From: Zygnema circumcarinatum SAG 698-1b
Lineage: Eukaryota; Plantae; Zygnematophyceae
DNA length: 64,000 nucleotides
NCBI GenBank assembly: GCA_037447605.1
Contig: CM074817.1
Location: 2,232,001 to 2,296,000, forward strand
Reading direction: 5' to 3'
How positions within the stretch are numbered: position 1 is the stretch's first letter; the number at the start of each line of letters is the position of its first letter. Positions 25,840 through 38,230 of the stretch are shown here, piece after piece. The notes beneath the pieces are model-generated. The model made no database searches, was not told the origin of the DNA, and was given only the letters and a program-made list of their open reading frames with translations. A program made the translations under genes and the position numbers.

Positions 25840-28800
25840 ATGGACGGCCAGGAGGAGCGGAAGGGGCGGAAGCAGCTGCCACCGCATTTGGAGCTGCAGA
25901 GGACACGTGTCATCCTCACCAGCGAAGCTGCAAACCATGTAAGCCGCGTTCAGGGTTCAGGTTTAGGGCTCAGGGTTTAGGGTTCAGGGTTTAGGTGGCT
26001 CAGGATTCGGGATCAAGCATTTGGGCTTTACGGTTTCGGGTTAAGGCGTCGGAGTTCAGACTTTCGGATTTAGAGTGTGTGGGCCAGGGGTTAGGATTTA
26101 AGGGTTAGGGTTTAGGGTTCACTGTTTAGGGTTCGGATGTTTTCTATTTCCCCCCTCCCCCCCACCCCTGCCCTGCTTATGTAGGGACCAAACAGCTTAT
26201 CTACACCCCCGGCAAGCGCATGCAACTGGGGTTTTCAGGGTTTTTAGGGTTTTTAGGCTACTTCAATGTATGCCTGAGATATGTGTGACTTTTATCCTAT
26301 GTTGGATTATGAGTGAGATACCCTGCTCCCTTTCCCCCCCCTCCCCTTTCCTTTTCTCCTTCAAAATTCTGCAGACTTCCACAATGCAATACTCCGGCGC
26401 GTATGCGGCGTCGGAGGTGGACTCCGGCGGACGGGCGGCAGCCTTCAGGGAGGGCTTCCGTACGGAGATAAAGTCGCTGACGGAGGAGACGCTGGAGGTG
26501 GACCTCGTGGGGGTGGATCCAGCCATCGCCAACGCGCTCAGGAGGATTCTCATTGCTGAGGTGGGGGGAGGGAGGGAGGGAAGGAGGGAGGGAAGGCGGG
26601 AGGGAGAGAGGGAGGGAGGGATGGAGAGGGGGTAGGAGGGGGAGGGGGAGAGGGAGGGGCAGGCGGAGGGAGACGGGAAGTGGGGACGAAGATGGGGGGG
26701 GGGAGGGGGAGGCGGGAAAGCACAAGGCTGTTGGAGTGGGAGAATCTGGGTGATAGAATACGTGAGTTGAGTGGCTGCTGAACACTGTGAGAGGAAATAT
26801 GACGTATTGGCAACTACTACTATTAGATTCAGGAAGCTCTTCTTGAACCCCCCTCTCTCTCTCACTCTCTCACTTTATCTCCCTCTCTCTCCCTCTCTCT
26901 CTCCCTCTCTCTCGTTGGTCTTCAGGTGCCCACCATGGCCATCGAGAAAGTTTTTTTCGCAGACAACACCTCCTTAGTGCAGGACGAGGTCCTGGCACAT
27001 CGCCTCGGCCTTGTTCCGCTAAAGATCGACCCGAGACTGTTTCAGTTCCGAGGAGGTGAGTCGAGACAGAGAATGAAACATTCAACTTCTTGTTCTGAGC
27101 ATGCAGAAAAGGACGATTGTCAATTTTTTCATTCAGGGATGGACCTTTTCTTTGGCTAAGTTGACCTCCTCGGGATTTATTCTTACTCTCACTTCCCTCT
27201 TCTCACTCGTTCGCAAACATCTAAAGCCTCCATGCTCTTCAAAACCAAAAAAGTCCTTAGAACCCCTGCACTGCAATGTTTTCCGAAGCGCTGAACCCTG
27301 AGGGCTGAGTGTGGGCGGCAGAGGGCGAATCCGCACTGGAGGACAACACAGTGGTGTTCCGCTTGAAGGTCAAATGTCGGCGGCAAGGGAAGGACAAGGT
27401 GGTGGGATCTAGAGGTAAGGAGAAGGAATCTGCGAGCTCCCTCTCTCTCTCTCACACCCACACACACATCTCTCCCCCCTTCCCTCCTCCCCCCCTCCCT
27501 CCCCCTCCCTCCCTCCCACCCTCCCTCCCTCCCTCCCTCCCTTCCTCCCTCTTTGACTGTCTCCCTCCTTCCCTGCCTTCCTCCCTCCCTCCCTCCCGCC
27601 CTCCCTGCCTGCTTACCTACCTGAGTTCGTTCCCTCTCCCCCACCTTCCTCCCCCGAATTTCGCCTCCCTCATTATCTTTTAGGAGGAGAGGGCGAAATG
27701 GGGGACCTACAAGGTCGAGAATTCACAATGAATGAACTGTTTGATTGTCTGTTGAAGGTTCTCGCCATGTTCTGAGAGATTTTGGGGGGTGCGGCAAAAG
27801 CCCGCAGTGCTGTCAGGAGATTTGGAGTGGCTTCCAGAAGGCAGCAATTGGCCGCCCGACAGTGAAAAGAAGTTTACGGGATTTTCAAAGCCACAACATG
27901 AAGTGGTGAATTTTCAGGGCAGCCTCCCAAGGGCGACATATGGCGACATTGTGCTCGCAAAAATGCGGCCCGGCCAGGTAGCAGCCCTGTCCAAGAAGCG
28001 AAAGCGCCTTTGTTCAAAATGCAAGGGTTGGGGTTCACTCTAGGAATAAGGTCACCTGGTTTCCTCTCCAAATTTCTCTCGTTCGCACGTGCGCGGAGGC
28101 TCTCCGCCTTCCCCCCCTCCTCTGTCTCTTCTTCTCCGTTTTTCTCCCTCCCCACTCTCCTCCAACATTCTCAGTCATGCTCTCCTCTCTCCCTCTCCCC
28201 CCCCACCGCTCTCTCTCCCTCTCCTTTTCTGTGTGCGCGTGTTTGCACAAGTGCATCTCTCACACTCTCTAGCCGAATGGGTTCCACTTTTTTGCAGGCA
28301 ATAGAGTTGGAAGCGCATGCGGTGAAAGGAGAAGGAAGGACTCACGCCAAGTGGTCGCCAGTCGCGACTGCGTCATATCGCATGCTGCCTGAGGTCAGCA
28401 TGCGCGCCACTTGTACCCTGAACCCTAAACTCCTGGTCTCTCTGGGGTTTGAGTGGTCTTAGGGTTTAAGACCCTCTCAGTGTTCTGAGAGTGTGGGGTG
28501 AACAATCAGGTAACAGAAGGGTTCTGGGATAGGGCACGGTATGGTCAGGAGACTCTATTTTTTAAGGTGGGTGACGAATTTAAAGTAGGTTGGGAAGGAG
28601 GCTGTCAATTGGTCGGCCAGTTGGTCAGTCAGTCGGTTGATTTCATGGTTTGGGCTCGTCTTTCAGGTCGTGTTTCTGAAACCAATGGGGGGAGACCTCG
28701 CCGACGCCGTGGTCAAGAAATGTCCGGTCGGTGTTTTCGACATTGAAGACATCGGAAACGGTCAGTTGCTGTCTCTGTCAAAGGGTTCAGTGAAACTCTA

Positions 28801-29363
28801 AAGAACCCTACAGCGACTCCAAATATTCCATGAGGACAAATCCTCCATGGACCATTCCGCATCTTCTATTTTAGTTGAGCTACACCAGAACGTTTTGCTT
28901 TAACAGCCTCTCTCCATTGGTGTCCGAAAACTGCGTGACTTAGAAAAACTGATCATCTATGTTGTGTACGGACAGGAAAGAGGCGCGCACGTGCCGCTCA
29001 TCCACGAAAGTGTACTTTGTGTCGAGAATGTGTGCGGGAAGATGGGTGGGACGAGTACATCCAACTTCGACGGGTGAAAGACCACTTCATATGTAAGGCA
29101 ACACATTGGATGCAGCGGGGCTCTCTCTCACTCTCTCTCTCTCTCTCTCACACACACATATACGGAATTCATATGCATACATGATCCATTTCATGCCCAT
29201 ATAGTTGATATGGATGCCTCTACCTGCTTCTAAGCTTGTGTCCTCGTGCCATGCAGTTACCATCGAGTCTACCGGGGCACTTCCACCCGATGTTTTGTTC
29301 ACCGAGGCAGTGCAGATCTTGCAAAACAAGGCAAATCAAATAGCTTCAGAACTAGCTAATTGA
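25840..29363 (+). CDS. RPAC1: RNA polymerase I/III shared subunit AC40, 9 exons
   Basis: Exons 25840-25938, 26375-26560, 26926-27055, 27322-27414, 27808-27977, 28298-28393, 28667-28760, 28976-29092, 29257-29363. Motifs [82 protein letters not shown]. Confidence 0.96.
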
Positions 29364-29366
29364 GAC

Positions 29367-29368
<2 letters not shown>

Positions 29369-29459
<91 letters not shown>
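29369..29459. repeat. (CT)n microsatellite in the RPAC1 3' region
   Basis: About 90 bp of pure CT starting 6 nt after the stop codon. Confidence 0.95.
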
Positions 29460-29462
<3 letters not shown>

Positions 29463-30310
29463 TTTTTGGATGCCCTTCTATATAATGTAAGCTTTATGCT
29501 TAGGTACAATTCAGATAGGGAAGGAGTAGCCATGTAGATGCCTTGGTTAGTCGCCACTTTGGCTTGGATGTGGGAATGATATTTGTTGCTGGAAATTTCC
29601 ACATCTGCGATATGCTCTTTCAAAGTACCTCGCTCACTTCTACAGTTGGTCCTCCGGGTCCTCTGCCTCGCTCTCTCCCACTCCCACTCCGTCGCTGTCG
29701 ATCATATGGGCCTCCAGGCTTGCCACATATTCTGTCATAGTTTTTAGGGAAAGTATACACACGATTAGGCTTTACCTATAATACAGGCGATGTTAGGGTT
29801 CCGCGTTTGCTCAAAAACAATGGTGAAGGAATGTGTGTTGAAAATATGTTGCAACATTTTTTTACAGAATGCTATTCCCTGAAGTGGGTGAGATTGAGAG
29901 AAAAAACGCCTTACCACGGAACTCAGGTTTGAGCAGACACGCCTGTAAGCCAGAGCGAGTGTTGGATCAGATGAATAGACAAAAGCACGATGTATGCTTC
30001 ACAAAAATATTACATTTTGCACTTGTTAGCGTAATGTAGTTTCTTACAGTAGATAAAGTGAAGGGTTGTGGGTTGACAAAGGGAAGGGACCTTTATCTGC
30101 GACTCAAGGTCGTCGTTAGCATCCACATCTTCTGCTTCTGCAAAACAGGAAGTCGGTTTTTTTTGCTTAGTGCTCACTACAAAAATTTAATCCCGCTCCA
30201 CTGTTAACTAAAATGGTAAGAAATTACTGAATTGATTAAAACTAAAACCACCGAAATGGCTTCAGGTTAGACTTCGCTTCTCCTTTACTTATGAAAGCAT
30301 TGAAATCCCC

Positions 30311-32196
30311 TCATGCATCACAGAATATTGGATACATTTTCCGTGGAAGGCTTTTCCTTCTGAATAGCATGCACTTATTACAAACAGTATGAGAGTTTGG
30401 TATAACACCGTCTTGGTATTTTCCTGTGGAGGCGACAGATAATTCATAATGGTTAAGCCATTCTGGCAGGAACGCCTCCAGTTCTTGCACGCAGGCCTCC
30501 ACTGTCGGTTCATATTCTGCAGCTTTTGTTGGTAGTACGTGCTCAGGGGTACATCCTGTACGTGGAAGCGTGGTCATCTCAATTTTGTTTATTGCAGGCA
30601 ACTTCAACAAAAGGTCACTGGTTTGTGTGAACGAATACGCCATTTTTTTTTTTGCGATTTATTGTAGTTAAGGTTTGACTAAAGATTGCTTACCTCCAAC
30701 CTGTATTGGACTGGCGTACTCCACATTTGGAGAATCAATCTGTGACCGCACAAATTACCAGCATGCTGATTAAAAGGTCCCGTGATATTGCAAAACTGGG
30801 ACCAATTTTCTACTGAATATATAGGTCGTAGAAAGCGATAGAAAGATCGTACCGAATCCTGGTTGAAAGTGGCTGCGTCGCCTGGCTCACACCCGCAAGC
30901 TCATTTGAGTTGGTCAGTGAGCAGCAACCGCCGAAAGACTTGCAGCAATGGTGCAAAAGAACCATGAAAGCAGGGCTTACTGGTGTTCCAAGCGCTGAAG
31001 CTTGCCGAATACTGCGGAGTTTTCATTGTGGCTCGTTTCATTGTCAGGCTTCCAGCTCTATTCTGCCAATTCCCAAAATCTTGCAAACATGTTTTGCTTT
31101 CTGCTGCCAGGATCGCTCCAGAAGTCTTTGCCGCGTTCTGACATGAAGGTATCTGAAGGTTGCATCGAGGAACTCGCTGGTCCAGACCGTCTGTTGCTTC
31201 AGCAGCTATTATATCCTGCAAATTGAAACTCGCTGAGTCAGATATCGATTATCAGGAACTTAGTCCATCATTGGCAAAACGGCAGATACTGTACATTATC
31301 TTACCACTATATCTTTGAAGCACTCTGTTGCATCAGTGGATGTTGCAAATTGAATGGCAAACTTGTGTGCCTTCTGGATCATCACCAAGATTACACAAGA
31401 ACAGTACGATCAGAACAAAGGAGCGCCGACAATTTTTCTGAATATAAAAAACCCCAAAAATATGTAAAGTGCACCATCGTGTCCCAAATATATGTAAATG
31501 GTATCACTGTATCCCAAAAAATATCCAGATTACTCTTTCCAGAAAAACGTTTTCCAGCATGCTTGAGGAGAACAAGGTATCATAGGTTGTCATTGTCCGA
31601 AACCAGGATGCACTCAATAGATATGCAGGATAAGAGTTTCGATGCTTACAGATTTTGTGAAATAACTTGCCATAATGACATTCGTAGGCTCAGTGTCAGT
31701 TATAGAGCTTTCATGTGAAATTGACATTTGCGGATGAACAAACCGGACTTTAGAGACATAGTGTTCCTCCTGTAAGAAGATTGCACTCAATCAGTTGGAA
31801 CATTCCTTGTGTATATCCTCCTTAAGCAGCGCGTAACAATATCTATTATTTCAATTCTTGTACTGACATTGGCAGCTACATCGAGCCATTTTCAATTCTT
31901 CACAAGTTCACAAAGCCACATTTCCCAAAGGTCGAATCAGCGGTTCAAATTCCCAAACTCACGTAAGTTTCACCAGAAATAAGCGAAATCGTTGACATTT
32001 TGGAGTCCACTCGTTTCAGCAAAGTCAGAGTCACATGCGATCTGCTTTTCAACCACACGCCCTTCTGCGCTCGCCCTCTGAATGGCAGAAACTTCCCGGC
32101 CGCCATCCGCCACAGCTCCGGGTTAGCCGGAATGAACTGAGCCAGCAGCACTTGCCACGAGCGAGCACCATGCTGCAATCCTCCTACTGACGGCAT
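30311..32196 (-). CDS. PHS1: POOR HOMOLOGOUS SYNAPSIS 1 / REC114-like meiotic protein; 3' exon structure uncertain
   Basis: Exons 32196-31963, 31769-31650, 31373-31305 and 31215-~30981 have strong GTRAG donors and stay in frame. EEHYVSKVRFVHPQMS and HKFAIQFAT match recalled Arabidopsis PHS1 segments EEHYISKLNFTWPQMS and QKFALRFST; GVWLKSRSHVTL corresponds to GTWLSASSSTVSL. The last exon (about 30580-30311) is tentative. Confidence 0.75.
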
Positions 32197-32448
32197 GGCT
32201 GAGTGTCTCCTGCCTTCTCCTACAAGCCTTTCAAGCCCTCCCCCGAGCCAAGCCTACAGGGCGTCTGCCAATGCCACTGTCAAGAGAGTCGCCGGCGCTC
32301 CTGCAAGAGAGCTTCGTTTCCAGAAAACGGTCCTACTCCTGCAACTCTGCAGGGATCAATAGCCAATGGCGGTCCGCCACGTAGGCAGGTTATGCACATG
32401 TAAAAAGACGCAACTGTAACGGTAACTTCAACTATACGCGGTTCAGAG

Positions 32449-32980
32449 GTACCGAACAGGCTGGCACATGCGGACACGGTTACATGATATGTACGGCTTC
32501 ATGCAGTCGTGTACGGACGTTTGACAGTACAGTACTGTAGCCTATACGTTCCGTACACAATGTACAAACCGTACGACATGGTACAAACAAAGGGCAGGCA
32601 ATGAAGTGATGTGGAATTGATCTCACGATCGCGACGCCATCGGATGTGGACAAAAGTCTAATGTGGAACCACGAGGAGCTCGTCACAATCCACAAAGGAC
32701 AAGTGGGCAGGCGTCATCATGTACGGTAAGTGCACGAAAACCTCCAATAGGCTGCTGTCACGTGGAGTGTCAACGTCAATCGTCAATGTCGTCCGTACCG
32801 TATGCTTGACTGAAAATTTAAAACCCGAAACGAGTACTTTGCATGCTTTGCAATAGCACTGCTACATGGTACTTCCGTAAAATGACTTGCATACTGATTT
32901 TTGTTGACGCTCTAGGGTAGTGACCGTACGGAACTATACGGTCTGTCAACTTCCATTTGGCTTTTTTGGGAATACAGTAC
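32449..32980. promoter_or_regulatory. GTAC-rich region in the divergent PHS1/phytocyanin intergenic space (candidate SBP/SPL sites)
   Basis: 15 GTAC counted by eye, 9 of them within 32449-32584. Confidence 0.4.
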
Positions 32981-33169
32981 AATTGACGGGGCCCGCCAGC
33001 CGCGGCGGTAAGAAAGGAACGAGGCGGGCGGCCGCAAGGGGGGGAGGGACACACACACAAGCAGACGAGAGAGAGTGAGAGGGATAGGAGAGAGAAAGAG
33101 AGTAAAGGAGACAGAGAGAAAGGAAAGGCGCTGCTGAGGTTTAGGGTTGAGGGCCAGGAGCACAAAGTC

Positions 33170-34211
33170 ATGGCCGCCCTGGCGAGCGTGTTGGCGCTGG
33201 CGCTGGCGCTGCTGGCGGCGGCCGCGGGCGTGCAGAGCCGGTACGTGATCGTGGGCGATCCGACGGCGGAGTCGCCGTGGACGCACATCGGCGTGAACTA
33301 CACGCAGTGGACGACCGACAACCCTCTCTATGTGGGCGACATTGCAGGTCAGCGCCGGGCCGCCGCGTTTACTATGGCTGGCGGGCGGGAAAGCTTGCAG
33401 TAACCGGGCTGCGGGCCCTTGGGAGAGAGGGGTGAGTGCTGACGAGGGAGGGGGAGGGGCTGGGAGGGAGCAGTGTTCCAGTACAAGGCGCACTACCACA
33501 TGGTGGGGCAGCTCCCCGACTTGACCGCGTTTGAGACCTGCTCATACCAGGACGTGAACTTCATCGCCAACGAAACGGCGGGCGTGGGGGCGGGCTTCCG
33601 CCTGGAGGTCACGGCGGAGCCTAAGTACCTTGGCTGCATGATCTTGGGCCATTGCGAGGCGGGCCAGAAGGTCTGCCTCCGCTCCGCCTGCCCCTTCCCA
33701 GCGAGCAGCGCGCTGCCCTCCTTTATTGCCTCTCTCTGTCGGTAGTGGCCGCAAAACAGCGGCAGCTGTCTGCCTCCTTCGGCCTTTCTACAAGGCATTT
33801 TGGCCATTGCTGAGGTTGAGTCTGTGACTTCCTCTGCAGGTGATTATCAACGGCAGTCTTGGCCCTCTGCCCAACAGCCTCATCCCCCCTCCGGCGGCGC
33901 CCTCTCCTCCTCTCCCACCCTCTCCCCCTCTCTACGCCATCCCGCCCCTCACTCTCGTCTTCGCCCCCCTCGAGCCTCTGGACATTGCGCCCCCCTCCCC
34001 CGCCCCCGCCCCCGCCCCTTTCCCTTCCCCCGTCCCCTCTCCTCCCGCTGCGACCTCTCCGCCCCCTCCCGGGGGCGCCACCGCCACGGCGACCGCTCCG
34101 CCGCCGTCCATGCTCCCTCCCAGCAGCGCGCCGGCCCTCTCCCTCTCCCTCTCCTTTTCCCTGGCGGTCCTGCTGCCGACTCTGGCTGCGGCCGCCCTCC
34201 CTTATTTGTGA
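33170..34211 (+). CDS. Phytocyanin (stellacyanin-type blue copper protein) with signal peptide, Pro-rich AGP-like linker and probable GPI signal
   Basis: Exons 33170-33347, 33474-33670, 33840-34211. W..(G)VNY.QW and LYVGD..VFQY...H.V motifs; C-terminal loop C-MILG-H-C-EAG-Q-K (Cys, His and axial Gln); hydrophobic N- and C-termini. Confidence 0.9.
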
Positions 34212-35366
34212 TGTGGCGGAGGGGGCTCAAGCAGGATACGTATGAATGAATGACTGGTGGTTTCTTTTGAGTAGAGAGGACTGCATCGTGATGCCGTGAC
34301 ACTTCAATCTTGAAGTGACTAGTGGAGAACAACGGCCGCGGCTTTAGTGCACTGGAACGGAGAGAGCTACTATGTATGCATCCTGTGAGGCAGGCAACCT
34401 TTTGTTGCTTGCTTGTTCCATTCTTTGACCAAAAATAAGAAGCATTACTGTGCATGCACATGCAGTTTGTTCCTTCTACTGTTGTCTGTTGTGCTGAGGG
34501 GAAGCACCGTGTTTAGACTTAGGAGATCGTAATGGGAATTAGAATATACTCAAGTAGATTCCGTACGCTTCTGCCACTTCTTGACAAAAAATTGCTTGAA
34601 GATAAAGTCGTGAGGGGAAAATTGTTCTCTAAGGCAAGGAGTTCCCAAAACGTAACATTAATTTTTATTCCTTCAGCAATCATATTGACGTCGCCCTTAG
34701 TGAGCTGAGCCGTACCCTTGTTGTCCCTTGTTGTGCACTCTGCTCTGTGATTTCCATATGTCAAAACCTTTAGCATGTTGGATCATCTCTGATGTTGTAA
34801 AACTTGATGCCTACCTTGAGTGGAAGGTTCGATAAATATTCGTCTCTGATTTCTATGTCGCTGTTGATTTGATTTCTTCAGTCTATATCTATGCTACTAC
34901 TTCGCTATTCGGAGTAGTGAGCTGCCAATATATCTTCGTATGGACTGCTTTGGGACTACAGTACATACATGCTTGAACGAAGTTGCAACAACAAGAAGTT
35001 GGCAAGCGTTCTCCACATTTCTCCATTAAACTGGTCTCCTGCCGTCGTTAAAGTTATTCTAGCGCCATTGGGCTACCTTTTTTTTTGCCATTCATTCTCT
35101 CAAGTGACCTTTGTTAGAGCCTGTTTTCCACTTCTTCTGGATCATCTACCTTCTTGTTATGTGCCCCTATATGGAAGTGTCGTCTTGATCACCATACCTT
35201 GTTGTACCGCCTGCTTCATGAGGCGGCAGTGTCCTCCTCTAGGAGAATCCTGATGGTCCTTTGTGGACCATCCCTGTGTAGCGGTTGCTACACTACCCAC
35301 CATTGTGCTCCGCGCACACCGTGCCGACCATGCGGCCATACAGTACCATACGGTCGCTGTACTGTA

Positions 35367-38230
35367 CAGTAGGACCCCGTCATATTTTCCACCTACATTT
35401 GGCAAAAATCGGGCGAAAATATTGTATTTGGCAAATATAAGGTCCGTGTTACCAATAGGCGAGCGGAATTATGTTAGAGTTCATGTATGTCCGTACGTAT
35501 CGTATCGTATCATATCGTATCGTTTGCTGTCATATCGCACCGCATCGTACCGTATCGTATCGTGGCAAACCGCACACAGTACATGAAGCACGCCTTAGCG
35601 TTTACTGAGGCAGCAAACCAAAAAGTTTCGAGCCCGTAACGGCTACTACAGCTCGTACGGCCAGTACGGATAGTACTGTATCGGGGCGTATCGTATCGTA
35701 TCGAAGCCGAAGAAGAAGTGGAGAAGAGCGAGCGCCTCTTACGGCGGCAAGTGCGGGGAGAATAGGCGAGTTTTGCCGCTTTTGCGTAAGCCCGTGACGG
35801 CTAGTACAGCTAGTACGGTTAGTACGGTTAGTACGGTTAGTACGAATAGTACGAACAGTACGGCTAACACAAGTTACCGTACAAAAAGGTGGTTTCGGCA
35901 AAATCGGGGCGAATTTCTTGGGGACGCACTTTTGATGGTTGTAGCACAAGATAAGTGGGGTTAAACAAAGACTGCTGAGCTAGCTGCAGGTGCTGTACGG
36001 CCACTCGCGTGTCCGTGCTGAAACTGACGTAGGGTTGGGGTGGTGCTGTGGGTCTGCCTGCAGCATAGAGCCAGGATCCGGGGGATTCAGAGGTACGCGC
36101 AGCGGAAGACGTAGGGATTCTGAAGACGTTCCNNNNNNNNNNGAGAATGCTTGGCTGGCCACTGCCCCAAAGCCTGTCTGACTCCAGTCAGCGTCAATAA
36201 TGGTGGGAAGGTTGGGGTCGAATTGATGCAGGCAAGGAGCCTGAAGGAGGGCACTCTTGAGCGCGTGGAAGGCCAAATCCTGCGCTCGGCTCCATTCGTA
36301 TTGGACTCCGTGCTTCTCCAAGGCATGTAGGGGACGTGCGATAAGGGCATAGCCCTTGATGAACCGGCGATAGAATGAGGTGAGCCCCAAGAAAGTCTTG
36401 AGCTGAGTGAGGGTCCGTGGAATCGGCATAAGGGCAATCGCTTCAATCCTTATCGAGCGTGGTTTTAGGCTACTCATGCCGAGGCGGTGCCCGAGATGGA
36501 GTGACTCCTGCTCACTCTGGATCTTGGTGCATCTTCAGGATGGCGCACTTGATGAGCTTGTTAGGACTGGTGATGTGTTGCAGGCTGGGAGGCCCAGCCC
36601 GCCTGTGATCGAACATTATCCATGGAAGGCCTTGCAGAAGGCATGAGAGCGAGACCTTGCCAGGCGCTGTGAGTCTGACTGGAATCTCTGAGCCTTGGAA
36701 TGGAGCACTGCCCACTCAAGCTGTGCTGCTGCCGAAGCCCTGCCCCTGCACTGATTGCCTGCTGGATGGGGTCTGCCAGAAGGACTCCTGCATGCCAAGT
36801 GCGAATGATTGGCTTACTCAGGGGAGATGCTGCAGAGTTGAGGTCCACATTGGTAATGTGTAGGGATTTGACTTTGTTATTGCATTCAGTTTCTGTAGTC
36901 CCTACATAGTGAGTGTGCTCATCAAGCTTCGGGGGCACAACGGCCGGCTGGGCCCACGTCTTCTCCAGGCTTCTATCAATCCCGGCACTTTACGTCTCTC
37001 GCCGACTGTCGCTCCACACTGCCGCTGCGCGCGAAGCGTGAGTCAGGGGTCATCACGGAGGCGCATCCCCTGCATCTCGATGTGGTGCCCCAATCAAGTG
37101 AGTCCCGCTGATGTTGAGTGAATGTTGCTGCCAAATGATGGTGGATTTTGGCGGCAGCATCTGCGAGGAGTTGAGAATGCTTGATCGGGTCTTGAGAGCT
37201 ACTGAGGCTGCAATCGGACCCCCTCTCACTTCAGTCACCCTCATCACGTGGCTCATGGGAGTGGGCGCAAGGCATCATCGGTGGCATCTTCCGTTTGGCC
37301 AGCGAGCTGCACTCGCAGGAGCACTGAGGGGGAGTCTGCTATCGGCATCAGAATTGCCGATCCATAAGAAGACGGGAGCTGCCGACCGAATGAGACATGG
37401 TGGACCTTGAGGAGACCTGCCGCTCGTGCCGCGGCCGGGCAAGGCGGAGGTGCGAGGGACTCAGGATTATGGGGGCAGGAGAATCGCCCGAGGAGAGGTG
37501 GAGGCCAAGACAGCAATCATCTGCCTCAACGCTGGTGACTCACCCTAGCCCAGCAGGCACAGAATAGTGTCCAGTGGCGCCACTGACCGCATTCACGTGG
37601 GTCCACCCCGCCAGACCGATGACCACCTGGGCGCTGCCAATCCTTCATGCAAGGCTCCCTTCAACTCCCACATATCGGGGGATGGGCTCAAGTGTCTTGT
37701 CCAACTTAACCCCTGCCGCCTTCATCACAGGCTTGGACAGAACTGTGCGCATAGCCCCCGTGTCGATCATGGCTTTGCTGGGATGACCGTTGAGCCATAC
37801 ATTGACAATGATTCGCACGTTGGGTGTGGGGATCAGAGGGAGGATCTGAATCTGGCGAGGAGGATGGCGGGGAGAGCGAACTGGGTCCGGAGGAGGCGCC
37901 GTCGCCATGTGGTGGNNNNNNNNNNACAGTCTCCAATTGGCCAACTGCCCACTGAGAGGCCTGGCTGACTACGTGGAGCCTTCGGATAGGTCAATGAATG
38001 ATAATCGGCGGCCTTATGCGGTGTTCCCGAGTGCGCCTTGCTGGATGGTGTGCTGTTCCGTGGGCCGCCAACGCATGGCGCCGCCTTCTCTCAATCTCCG
38101 TTGGCAGCTCCTGGATTCCGTTGATCCGTGACACGGAAGAGGCATACGTCAAGTACAATTGAACGGACGCAAATCCGTCGAACGCAGCTCCGTTACGCTA
38201 CATGGTGGAAAATATGACGGGGTCCTACTG
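35367..38230. mobile_element. Second Tc1/mariner-type MITE of the 24505-24990 family, interrupted by a retrotransposon
   Basis: Perfect 27-bp TIRs CAGTAGGACCCCGTCATATTTTCCACC (35367-35393 and 38204-38230), TA on both sides. 35367-35935 is colinear with the reverse complement of MITE 1. Confidence 0.9.
35940..38202 (-). mobile_element. Degenerate Ty3/gypsy LTR retrotransposon (protease, RT and RNase H remnants) with a 4-bp TGGT target duplication
   Basis: Ends TGTAGC...GCTACA; TGGT at 35936-39 and 38203-06. Minus-strand remnants: AMIDTGA (aspartic protease), frameshifted DYRKLNAIT, HLGH...IEAI..P.P....LKTFLGLTSFYRRFIKGYA.IA.PL, IIDAD.S..G.GAV. In-frame stops are present. N-gaps at 36133-42 and 37916-25 sit where the inner LTR ends would be. 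Confidence 0.88.

Noticed and set aside
30311-30643. 110-aa minus-strand ORF as an independent gene
   Set aside because: No recognisable domain; more simply the tentative last exon of the PHS1-like gene.
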